The notes beneath the pieces are model-generated. The model was given only the letters and a program-made list of their open reading frames with translations. It did no database searches and was not told where the DNA came from. The position numbers and the translations under genes were made by a program. Below are positions 34,637 to 46,496 of a stretch of 64,000 bases of DNA, piece after piece. Source of the DNA: Anthoceros angustus (taxonomy: Eukaryota; Plantae; Anthocerotophyta); contig VJWM01000025.1 in the NCBI GenBank assembly GCA_010909165.1, forward strand, positions 2,790,001 through 2,854,000, written 5' to 3'. Position 1 is the first letter of the stretch. Each line of letters starts with the position of its first letter.

Positions 34637-35623
34637 TTTCTGACTTTTTTTTATTTACTTATACATGTTGCCTAACACAATCTTTGACATGCAATTATAA
34701 CCTATATATGTGGTCAATAATTCTTGCATTGAAGTATTTCTACTTTGCAAATCCGACACGTGCAACTTTCACAGTGCAATTATGTAACTTATTTCCAGTT
34801 TATGAAACCACATTTCTATGGACTATCTTTAATCTAAATAACATAAAGATGGCCACTACCCCATGCACTTTGCTATTTCCAAATTGTATTTCTCATTGAA
34901 CAAATTCTCTTTTAGCTTTCTATGAATTTTCTTTAGTTTAAATGGTATTGTAAGTGGCTATTAACTATTGCATTCAGCTATTTCCATATTCTTAAGAGCT
35001 AGACCTCCTCACATCCATTAATATAGTTGTTTCTTAGGGTTTAGGGTTTAGGGGGTTCAAGAGTTTATGAGATGTATTTACCAACAAATCTCATAACCTA
35101 CTTATAATTGAGATTAGTATGTTATAATATTTTCTGACTTTTTTTTTTTACTTATACATGTTGCCTAACACAATCTTTGACATGCAATTATAACCTATAT
35201 ATGTGGTCAATAATTCTTGCATTGAAGTATTTCTACTTTGCAAATCCGACACGTGCAACTTTCACAGTGCAATTATGTAACTTATTTCCAGTTTATGAAA
35301 CCACATTTCTATGGACTATCTTTAATCTAAATAACATAAAGATGGCCACTACCCCATGCACTTTATATTTCCAAATTGTATTTCATTGAACAAATTCTCT
35401 TTTAGCTTTCTATGAATTTTCTTTAGTTTAAATGGTATTGTAAGTGGCTATTAACTATTGCATTCAGCTATTTCCATATTCTTAAGAGCTAGACCTCCTC
35501 ACATCCATTAATATAGTTGTTTCTTAGGGTTTAGGGTTTAGGGGGTTCAAGAGTTTATGAGATGTATTTACCAACAAATCTCATAACCTACTTATAATTG
35601 AGATTAGTATGTTATAATATTTT
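34637..35623 (+). repeat. 493-bp tandem duplication (2 near-identical copies) containing TTTAGGG motifs
   Basis: Matching spurious ORFs at 34684 and 35177 are 493 nt apart; cttagggtttagggtttaggggg occurs in both copies. Confidence 0.95.
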
Positions 35624-35679
35624 ACTGACTAAAGAATGTTGAAAAGTACACTTCAATCCAAGCGAAATGGGCGGCTTGT

Positions 35680-35930
35680 TGGCAGTGGCTACAACATCTA
35701 TAGGAAAAAGCCATGTACGTTATTTATAGATAAGATTATGCTGTAAACAATTAAGGGCTTTGTCTCCAGTGTTGTGCTAGTGGCTACAACACATGAAGGA
35801 AAAACACATACATGTTACTTATAGACAAGATAATGTTGTAAATAATTAATGGGCGTTGTCTCTGGTGTTTTTGGCGGTGGCTACACCACGAGTAGGAAAA
35901 ACACATGCATGTTACTTATAGATAAAAAAA
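35680..35930 (+). repeat. Degenerate ~95-bp repeats (related copies at ~36920-37060)
   Basis: gtggctaca..aggaaaaacacatgcatgttacttataga units. Confidence 0.7.
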
Positions 35931-38900
35931 ATATAAACAATTAATGGGCTTAATATTCTATGTGTTAGGACTAGTAGGTTATGAAATCTTTTTCTCCTTT
36001 GTTAAATTAGCGAAAAAATTGAATAAATTATGCGCAAACCTAAGAGTATTTTGACATAGAACTCAACAAAAGAGATAATTGCATTCTCATCAATAATCTA
36101 TTCCGACGTTTTGATCATAGAATTCTAGAAAGAGAAGAACCTCTTATGGAAACATAGTAAATTTGAAGGAAGACATTGCAAAACATGATCAAATTGAAGT
36201 AAGCTGGAAGAGCAAAATGAGGCAAAAAGATATGAGTTTTGATATGTAGTAGTAGTGGTAAACTAGAGTTCTTAGTGAATAGTTTTTGATGATTTCGTAA
36301 AATTGATTTACATGAGTGCCTGATAGATAGATTGATTTGTCACGTTTTTTTGGTCCGTATCAAAAAAACCATCATAATAAAGATTGTAGGTGTTTTTATG
36401 ATAAAAAAATATGTTAAGCACATAAAAGAAGGTCATGATATCTTTTTCATTTCTTTGATCCTTTTGACACTTGTATGCATTGTCTACACTGTAGATAACA
36501 TTGCTGCCTATCAACATGTAGGCAGTCAATGTCTGACACACTATTTTCAAATAAGATAATAAACATAGACTTGATTCATAGTAAAGATAAAACTTTAAAT
36601 CACATCTATAAAATATCATAACTTGTTTGTTGGCCAACTCTTTCCTACACATGTAGTTTTTCCAAGGACAAACATGTGTGAGAAAAACATGTGCAAATTA
36701 CTTATTAATAAGATGATAGAAACCTACAGTGAAAACAATGCTACAATTAATTTATGTAGCATGGTAGTCTATATTTGTCAGTCATCTATCACACAAGTTA
36801 CACAAGTTTTGAAGAACAACACCTACTAATCTCAATAGATATTAGATGAGTAGGGTATAATATTTTGTCTTTGTTGCTGAATGAAGAGTGTGGAAGAAGC
36901 ATAGTCAAGCAAAATGGATTGGCTGTTAGCAATGGTTACAACATGTATGGGAAAACACGTGCATGTTACTTCTATGTAGATAAGATCATGCTGTAGATAA
37001 TCAAGGGGTTATCAATTTTTGTCTCTGTCGTTGTGGTGGTGGTGGCTACAATATGTGCAAGATTCTATCCAAGGGGATTCTTTGTTTTGATCCATGAGTG
37101 GGATTGGGTTGTTTCTTAATGTGATTTCCAGTTGTGGGATTTCGGAGGGTTGCTTGGTGTTTTTTTTCGTGCCCTTGAGATGAAAGTGGTGGACTTTTCT
37201 CCTAGAGACAACGGTCTTCTTCTGTCTCATCTGGCTCAAATGAGTCTTTGGTTGTAGGTTATCCTTGGTGGTGCTTCTTAGAGTCTGATTTCTACTTTCA
37301 ATCTCCTGTTGGCAGCTTATAAGGCTTCTTGGGCTTGTGTTTTTGAGTATCGCAGCTGGCTTGAGCTAGCTTGAGCTAGCGCTATCCCTCCGCCTCCGCC
37401 CCAGGCTTCTGTCTCGTATGTTTTTGTCTTTATTATAATATAAGCTGCTTCGCAACTAAAAAGCAACACGTGCAGTTGGAAAAACTCCTTACGTGCATGT
37501 TACTCACAGATGAAGATGAAGATGAAGATAACGTTATAGTTATAATACGTACATATTACTTACAGATGAAGATAGAACAATGAACCGGCAATCAGTTTTT
37601 GTTTCTCCTGTTGTGGTGGTGGTTAACGCACGTGCTGAATGAGTTGGTCAGTCCATATTCATAGCCAGTACGTACTGTTAAATTAATTTAAACTATACAT
37701 GTAGGTTGAAAGATTGACTGATGGACCCATAGTATAACCTACTAAGCTCTAGATATTTTGTTGTGTTAGGATTAGTAGGTTAGGAGATCCTTTTGTGTCC
37801 CTTCATAAAGCAAAGCAATTGGGTTGGCCATGCGTTTTGTTCGGCGTTGTGAGTTCGGTTAGCGTTGCCAGCGGGTAAGGTATGTGCAGAGAGGCCGAGA
37901 AGGGTAAATGCCAGGCAAGGCAAGGGAAGGGAAGGGAAGGCAAGGGGAGGGAAGGGAAGGGCGGGGATCAGTCCAAAACTGGATGTGGAGTCTATGTGCA
38001 TACATATATATGTGATGTATGTGAAGTGTGCAGTGTGGTCTGGTTTGCGTCTCGTGCCGTCTGGAGTGGACTGGTGTGGCGTCTGGCCTCGCCTCTCGGC
38101 CCTGCCCTGCCCAGCCCTGGCCCTCCCTCTGCCTTTGCTGCCTGCCTGCTCTCTCTGCCGCTCCCCGCGCGTCGTGAGACCATCCGGCTCTCGCACTCGC
38201 ACTCGCTCGCCCCTCGCGCTCGCTCGCCGCCGTGCTGCGTGCGCCGTGCCGACTCCAGCTCGCCCTGCCCTGCCCCCTGCTCTCCTCTGCTCTGCTCTGT
38301 TCTCCTCTGCTCTGCCCTGCCGCCATCTCGGCTGCCTGCGCCTGCGCCTGCGCCTGCGCCGGCGCCATCGCCAGCTCCCGCCGGAGCTCGGCCGCGCTGC
38401 ACGCCTGCGCAGATTTGTGCACCCGAGATCGGCGAGCCGCGCGAGCGAGTTCCCGCTGCCCCTGTGCGAGAGCGGCGTCATCTCCCCGTCCCTGTGCTTG
38501 CCTGTCTCGGGATTTCTTGCTTGCCTGCAGGAGAGCGGTCGGGTCGTCTCCTTCCTCCGGCTCCGGCTGGGGTTTGTTTGCGACCTCCCGCTCCGCACCT
38601 CCCCGGCGCGCGAGCCTGGAATTCCGCACCCGCGCTGTGAGCTCCCCGCTAGGGTAATGCCGTCCTGCTTCTTGCGTGCTTGATTTGGCGTCGTCCGGTG
38701 CTTCCCCGGCTCCCCTGCCGTCGCCGCCGCTGTCGCCGCCGCTGCCGGCCTCGCCTTCAATTCTCGCCTCTTCTTGCACCTCCCAGCCACCACCCGAGCT
38801 TGCCGCCGGGTCGGGTTGGGCCGCCCCGGGCCTTCTTGCTCCACGGCATTCCCTCACCGAGCTCCCGGCCCCCGGGCGGGACGGCACGGGACGGGACGGG

Positions 38901-39514
38901 GCTATTTATGTTCATCCCGGTGTGCGCCTTCATGTCCTGAATTTGTGTGCCTGCGTCGGGTCCCGATCTTTGCGATTTGATTTGAGTGCGTGCTTGGCGA
39001 GCCGGCGCACACAGGGCGCATGCTTGTCACCCGCTCTCGAGCTGACGCGGTTTTTTGCTTCCCTGCTCCGGGAAGGGAAGTTTCTTCTCTTATATGTATA
39101 CGCGTCGTGGCTCCGGCGTTTTGAGCTTCCAATTCGGAGGAGTAGGTGGAGGAGGGAAGAAGAGGAAGGATTTATACTTGGAGACGAGGCTGGAGTGCAA
39201 AGCCGGGGAGCGGAGGTTGCGCTTAGGGTACAAGTCGGACGGGACACGGGAGTGTTTGTTGTGTTGTCGGTCGGGCAGGCTCAGGGGAAGTGAGTGAGTG
39301 TTGCAGCAGTGTGCGCCGGTGCCGGTTATGTTTGCGGCGGGGAATTGCAGCCGGCGGCGTGACGAGGGGATGGCGGGGAGCGTGTTCAATCCCGACGCAC
39401 CATGTATGTTGTGTTGCTGTGACTTCGATCTCCTCTTATTACTTCCCTTGGTCGACAGCTTCCGCCTGGGAGGCTGACCCGGATCGTTTGTGGCGTCTTT
39501 GTCTCTGCTATATC

Positions 39515-42500
39515 ATGGCGACAGGGCTGGCCAACTTCAACCGGGTGTTTTCTGCAATCCAAGACCATTTGCAACAGCTGCGGGATATCTATGAGGAGCA
39601 GCAGAAGCAGCTGGTGCTGGTTGCTCCCGATGCCGCGCGCTTGCAGGGAGCGGGAGATGCCCGGGCCGAGTTGGTCGCCGGGGGAGAGGAGGAGGAGCAG
39701 GTAGCGGCGATCGAGGCCGGGGACCTCAAGGAGACGGAGGAGGTTAAGGAGGTTAAGGAGGCGGAGTCGGTGGCGCCGCCCCAGGTGCCGGCGCAGGTGG
39801 CGGTGGTTGCTGTCAGGACCGGGCTCCCGCAATTGGGGCGGCAGGCGGAGGCGGAGGGTGCGACGGACGTGGAGCTGCCGGAGGAGGTGGTGGTAGGCAA
39901 CAAGGAGGAGGAGTTGGCGGCGGCGGCGGCGGAGGGCAGCGGAAGAGGGAGGGGGACTTGGAGCTGGAGCTGGATGAGAGTGAGGATGGCGGGAAGGGGT
40001 ACTCGCCGTGGCCAAGTCTGGGAAGAGGAAGGCGGTGTCGTTCCGGAAGGAGGGCGAGGGCCTGGATTCCGGCTCTGACCCCGAGGTGGATGTGAATGGC
40101 AGGAGCAAGGGCTCCGATCTCGGGGAGGGTCGTACAGCCGGCTGCAGCGGCGCGTGAAGAAGACGAGGAGCGTCGGGGGATGGGGATGGTGTGTTGGTTG
40201 TTGTTGCGGGCGCTGGAGCTGGCGCGGGCGTGGAGCGGAGCAGGGAAGGACTCGGACACGGACACGGATCGTGGTGTTGGGGGCCGCGGAGTGTTGGGGA
40301 AGGATGAGGCAGGTGCTGCGGCTTCCGCGGCTGCAGGTCCGGGGAATGTGGGAGAGACAGCGCCAGCGCCAGCGAGAGTGACAGCTTCACCTCGACGAGG
40401 AGAGGCAGAATTTTGACGGCCGATTTGGGAGTGCCGCTGACAAGGGTGTTCTCGGCAAGCACCAACCCGATCTGGATGTGCTCACCAGCGTGGCGGCGGC
40501 TATTGAGGCGGACGACAATGTTGCGGCTGGCGCGGCGGAGGATCCCATGCGCGTTGAGGCAGGGGAGGAGCGGGTGTTGAGCATCCTGGCCCAGGATGAT
40601 GGCGATCTGGCGGAGCAAGCGTTGCTCATCAAGAGCCTGTCCGCGCGCAAGGAGGGCAGGGTGGAAGCGATCCCGTCGGCGGAAGTGGTGGCTCGAGTGT
40701 GTGCCGACTTCCTCAAGGCCTTGGCTCCTGCTCTGCCCGAAGGTTTCGTGGGAGGGGAGGAGATCAGTAGGTATTGTGAGTCTGATGGCGGCCCCGCTGC
40801 CTTGGCCCTTCGTGTGGCAAACTTCATTAAGATGCAGCAGGATGTCATCGATAAGGAGCGGAAGGCGAATCGGGTGCTGGAAGCCAGTTTGGAGAAGGTC
40901 CAGGATGATAAGGAGAGGTGGCGGCAGGACAAGGAGCGGCTGTCCGCCCATCTTGGCTCCATCGCAACCACCGTCGAGGAGGGCAGCGCGTAAGTCTCTA
41001 TAGTTTTAGTTTGTTTCTTTGTTTTTTTAATTTACGTGATTCAAGTTCCATCTTCTCGATTCAAGTGCTGAGCCCGTTATGAATGTCATTCCTGAACTTC
41101 TGGTGTACGGTCAATGGGTGTTGGGTTGTTGTGGTTAGTACCGGAGCTGTTTTCTCTCATATCTGAAGCTTCTTTTGCTGCAGGACTTGTTCATACTGCC
41201 AATCTATTCTGAGCAAGCTTTCGGAGGAAAGTTTTCAGGATGCCTTCAAGCCGGAGGAGGGGCAAGTGGTTCCTTACAATCATCTCCAGGCTGAGGAGGA
41301 GGTTGCCCGCGCTGCCTCCAGCAGTTCTTCTGACGTACCTGTGTCTGCAAGCAGGAAGGTGGTGACGCTCAGTGATGATGACAAGGAAGAGGGGTCGGAG
41401 CCTCAGCTCAGCAACGGGAAAGATGGGTCTGCCTCCAGCTCCGGCGATGTTTTGCCCGTCAAGAGGAAGAGGAGAGTGGAGGAGGTCATGGATGATAAGC
41501 CTAAGGGCTATAAACGGAGGATGGTGAAGGAGAAGGACAGCTCTGAGGTGAAGCAGCCTTCGGCAACCAGAGAGAGCAGCAGGCAGAGCAGCGACAAGGG
41601 CGGGGAGGTGGTGAGAAGGTCTCGCAGACTGTCCGCAGCTGCCAAGGACTACGACAACGATCTGGTAGAGGTTGATATCAAGCAGGTGGAAGATGTTGCT
41701 TCGGATGAGGACGTGGATGACGAGCTGCCTGAAGCTAAATCGGAGGAGGTGGAAGTTGCTGAACGTGAGCGAGAACGGGTGCGGGAAAGGGCACGGGAAC
41801 GGGAAAAGGAACGGGAAAGAGAGCAGGAACGGGAAAGAGAGCAGGAACGGGATCGGGAAAGGGAACGTGAACGTGAACGGGAGCGAGAGCGGGAGCGGGC
41901 CGAGGATATCAAGGAGAGGAAGAAAGCTTTGGCTGTCAAGGAGGTGGCAAAACGAATGCTCAAGGCTCCCGCCAAGGGGCGTTCCGATGAAGTCCTGAAG
42001 AAGAGTGCTGGCAAGTCTCGCAGACAGGAAGAGAGCACGGAGGACGAAAAGGGGGAGGAGAAAGAACTGATCCGGCGTTTGATGGCCCGTAACTCTAAAA
42101 AGGATGCATCCTTCTCCGCAGATAAGGGTAAAGAGAAAGAGAAGGACAAGGTTCTGCCCCTTGTTAGGCCTTCAAGCGGGATGACGGCCCCGGCATCAGA
42201 CTCGGAGGATCAAGGACCCAAGGAGGAACCCGAACTGGAGTTGAAGTGTGGTTGCACGAGCAGCAAATTTGGTGACACCGTCGGTCTCGTTAAGGTTTAC
42301 AAGTCCGGGGATTTTGTTCTCTTCTGTGAGTGCAAACCCGGTTGCGCAGAAGGTAAAAACGAAAGGCATCTCGTTGGGTGGTTTGCACTTGCAACGGCTT
42401 TAGGACTTGGCTTCCCGTGCTGATTTTGTCTGTGTCTCGCTGTTTTGGTTTCAGCTGGTATTGCATTAACTCCCGCAGCCTTTGAGAGGCATGCGGGGCG

Positions 42501-43076
42501 TGGATCCTCCAAGAAGTGGAAGAACACTATCTGGGTGATGATGGGGGACGACAAAGTCCCGATTGCCAAGGTGAAAGCTCTCGAGCCTTACTATAAGAAG
42601 TATAAGGTGCGGAAGAACCAGAAGGTCGTTCCTACTCCAGGGGCAGTGGTACCAACGGTAAGTCATCGGGACGAATTTGTGAGATGTTGTAAGTGCCAAA
42701 AGGAGAGGAGGTTCAAGCGGAGGAACAAGGAGGAATGCAAGCTGTATCACGACGCAAGCTTGAACCGGAAGTGGGAGTGCGCCAACTTGCCGGACGAGAG
42801 GTAATCAGCTAGGATTCAATCAGTGGCTGGTGAAAGGCTGCTCGGAGATTCGGACACTGATCTCCCTGGTGCAGGTATGCCCGGTGTGGGGAGGATGAGG
42901 AGCGAGAAGTCCGGCGGGCTCTCAAGGGATGCACCCGTGTCCGGAACTGCCCCGGCTGTGCTGAATGCGTATGCATCGGCTGCCTGACTTGTAGATTCAG
43001 CAGCTGCAGCTGCCGCACTTGCACAGAGTTCATGGCTAATGCCCCGAGCTCTGGCAATGCGCAGGGCTCTGCGTGA
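39515..43076 (+). CDS. ULT: ULTRAPETALA-domain (SAND plus Cys-rich) protein with a long acidic/coiled-coil/RE-repeat N-terminal extension
   Basis: LKCGCTSSKFGDTVG; CECKPGC; LTPAAFERHAGRGSSKKWKNTIWV; HRDEFVRCCKCQKERRF; KGCTRVRNCPGCAECVCIGCLTCRFSSCSCRTC. In-frame introns at ~40990-41181, 42352-42454 and 42801-42874. The 5' part has frame disruptions at 39930-40384. Confidence 0.88.
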
Positions 43077-43244
43077 CGTGAGCGACTTGGTCTTGTAAAT
43101 CCCTTCTCTTTGGGCTCCGGCCGTGTGTGGGTTAGGGCCCCCCCCTCCGTCTTCAGTAGTGTAGGTAGAGAGACTGGTGCTCCTTGCACTATCCAGAAAG
43201 CGAGACACTCTGAGAGCTCAATGACTCTTTAATCTATTATTTAG

Positions 43245-44144
43245 TGCCACCAGTTGCACACTTCCTTGATACTGGTAACATGCGGGAGTGTGCCTGTTTC
43301 TGGGTGATGAACAGGAGGGATCTTGGCGTCTTGAGCCATGATAATGCGAGGCTCAGTCGCCCGGCTCTCACAAATATTCTCTTCGAGGATGCCGGTCGTG
43401 CAGCTCCAGTGCACTACTATCTTCCTCCTTAACTAGATCGACTGTCCCAAAGCCCCCTGCACTTCTGCTCGTGCACAAGGCTGCCTTTAGAACGGCCTCG
43501 ATCGTGCATCCCAATCCCTTGTCGTTGGATTACATGTTGGGGGAGTTGAGACAACTCATCACACATGAACCAACACCTACAAACAAATCCGGGAACCAGA
43601 TCCGGCAGAAGCACAGCGTCTGTCGTGCTTAACTTGGTGCTATGCACCGTTGCGTTGGTGCTCCCGACGTTGCATTCCCGGCGACATCATTATATGCACA
43701 TCAATTGTCAAGAGCGGGTGCAGAGGATGTTGGATGGTTCTTTATCATCGGTGAGAAGACTTAAGAAGAGAACGTACTTGCCTCCACGTAACAACGTCAA
43801 AGGGACTACCAAGCCAAATCTCAGCGCAACAAGTTAGCACTGAAGACTTGAAATCCACAGTGATTTCACCTCCGGGCTCACGGCCGTGACTACAATTGTA
43901 GTACAGGACAGAGCAGTAGGCCTAGGCCTCCAAGCAGGTAAGCCTCCACCTGCCGCCCTCTGTTTCTTCGCAGACCAGTTCCACCCTCGTTATTTGTTAC
44001 AATCTCTGAAACTTCTGGTGTCGACGCCTCTAGGCTACTGCACTGTGCACACGACCGGACTGTATCACAAGCAAAAGCCTCTCGGCTATTGGAGTAATCT
44101 TTCACGGCCAATGCGATTCTGTTATAAGGTTCCTTACTGGCGAC
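43245..44144. mobile_element. Putative solo LTR (~900 bp)
   Basis: Ends TGCCACCAGT / ACTGGCGAC are imperfect inverted repeats; flanks tttag / tgtag form a 4/5 TSD match. Confidence 0.45.
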
Positions 44145-46337
44145 TGTAGTTGGTCGAAATTTTCAAATTGCCCTAATCCTCTTCGATTAATTTAAACCAG
44201 GTTCTGTTAAAGTTGCTCAGACTTAGCGGGGCCCACACTTACCTACGCGCACGCAGATGGGCAAGGTAAGGGCATGGTTATTGTTTCATACATACACCAT
44301 TGAGGACTCTACCTCATTCTCGCATAAATGCTACGGCAGGTACATGGGTATGGGTACATACACATGGAGATTCTGCGTGGGCCTACATATCCACATCAAT
44401 TGGTGAGACATAAGGGCATATGAACATTTGCTTCTGGGGACATATCGATGTCAGTACAGCAAGGACTGAATACTACACTTCATAGCAATTGAGGTTGCTT
44501 CGACAACCCTCACAAGAACTATCGGCAATGGCGTTCCGACCTTCACTCCAGACAATCACTCCTGCACAGAAGACCAAGCTTGGTACGGACACACAAGGGG
44601 GTTGTTGGCTCTAGCGCCAGGGAGGGGTTGATGGCCTGAACAGTGGGCGTAAGGATATAAGCACTTGGCTTGTTCCCGATGAGATTGCCATGTACATCTG
44701 ATTACAATATCAATATATAGGATGATCAGGGCATCCACACACACGCTTAAGTTATGGCAACAGCCTCGCAAACTGTGGGCAAACACATCTCCCAATATCT
44801 AGCCTCTAAAAATCTTGGATACCCGCTCACACATGCTTGGCATTCATGGCCATTCTAGACACTAAAGAAATGTTGAAGAAACTCCTGCCTTAACAGTTCC
44901 AATCCTTTTAACATTAAAAAGCCATTACCCAAGATATGGTTCAAGGAAGTCTTTGTCATGGCATGGACTAGTCTATAAGCGGGATCAAAAGACACATAGA
45001 ATAACTTGACACATGAGTAAAACTGGTAGAGTATGTGCGAATGCATGCAAGAATGGCATGGATGTGGAATGTCATGTGATGGATGTGCATATGATATGGT
45101 GATACATACATACATGATATGTGTGAGGATGATAGCATGTGGCCTATGACATGTGTATAGAAACTCAAGTTAGGGCATGGACTTTCATAAGCCAAGAAGA
45201 AAAGAAACGTGGGATAAAGAAACTCCTAAAATCAGCATGTCTCGCATTCCCATGTGCCGTTTTCACCCTTACTTCACACATACACAATTAATAGTTGAGC
45301 ATTACCGGTAAAATTTTCAAATAATATCTTATTATTTATATAATTATTTATCTTATTATATTCTATTTAATCAAAATTACTTCCCATCTATAATAAGATG
45401 GGTTCACATAGCTCTTCACTCATATAGCCCTTTCAAGCTCACACAACTCTTTACCCATAGAGCCCTACACTCATACCCAGAAGTATATTCTAGTGATGCT
45501 AGAATGCAAACTAGTGTGTACAAGATTTACAACTAACCTCAATATGCCCAATGCACTCAAATCGAGTCTTTTCACCCATTTTTTTTTTCACATTGTACAC
45601 TATTTTTGTATAACACTATTTCACGTCAAGGTATCCTTGTGTAGCGAATTTTGTCATCTACCTTATAGAAAATGTATCGGGTCGAAACGCCAAAGGATCT
45701 TTAAAAACTCACAGACCCCTCAAGAAATGGAAAGCCATTAATATATGGATACCCCTCAAGAAACGGAAGCCATTACTATGTGGGTATTGATCCCTACAGA
45801 TTTTTAGTACATTAGAAAAGCCTATTCTTAGATTATGTTTCTTATTTTTCAGTTGGCCTCATTAGGGCTGAAAATATTAAATAAGTAATGTAGCGGTCTG
45901 TGAGACTTGCTTGGAAACTTAGAAAACTAATTCCTTGAGGCTTAAGAAAGAATATTTTTTGGAGAAGAAGAAATCCTTTGTTTGTAAGGGGTTAGGGAAG
46001 ACCTAAAGGATACTTTGTAATACATTGTCAGTTATCTATGAGACAACAGAGTGTTGAGATTGATTGTAGCTCTGAGAGCTTGAGACAAGAGAGTTGTGTG
46101 CCGAAAACTCAGGTGAGTAGATGACTAGTGCTCTCAAATCTACTTTCGTTATCCATTGTTCAGAGTGTGTTTGTTGTGTTATGGTTTCACAACTTGTCTA
46201 CTTGCTACAATTGGTCTACACAAAGGGGTCTCTACTTGTGGTCTCCAAGTAGAGGTCTGATTTCTATTCTAAACATTATCTAATTAGGACAAAGTAGAAA
46301 CGAGAGAAGGCTACCATCTTAAAGGTAACTGTTATTG

Positions 46338-46496
46338 GAAAGCCTGTCATGGAAGCACTACTACTTGTGAGATCAAAAGGTTAAGTCATTTCACCTCGAC
46401 TGAAGATGAGTAGGGTCTCCGGCAACATCCTACGTCATTCCTTGTAGGCTTAACTTTCATGTTGACTAGTGGTAGTGCTTCCGCTATAGGCTTTTC
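46338..46496 (+). other. Long four-stem hairpin; possible LTR-retrotransposon leader structure
   Basis: Nested pairings 46338-46/46487-95, 46351-65/46468-82, 46376-87/46447-57 and ~46405-13/46429-39. Confidence 0.65.

Noticed and set aside
37780-38887. Several 250-350 aa ORFs on both strands
   Set aside because: Low-complexity GC-rich promoter or 5' UTR sequence (gcct, gcag microrepeats) that lacks stops by composition.
39386-40951. 521-aa minus-strand ORF
   Set aside because: Antisense shadow of the GC-rich, low-complexity ULT exon; no domain signature.
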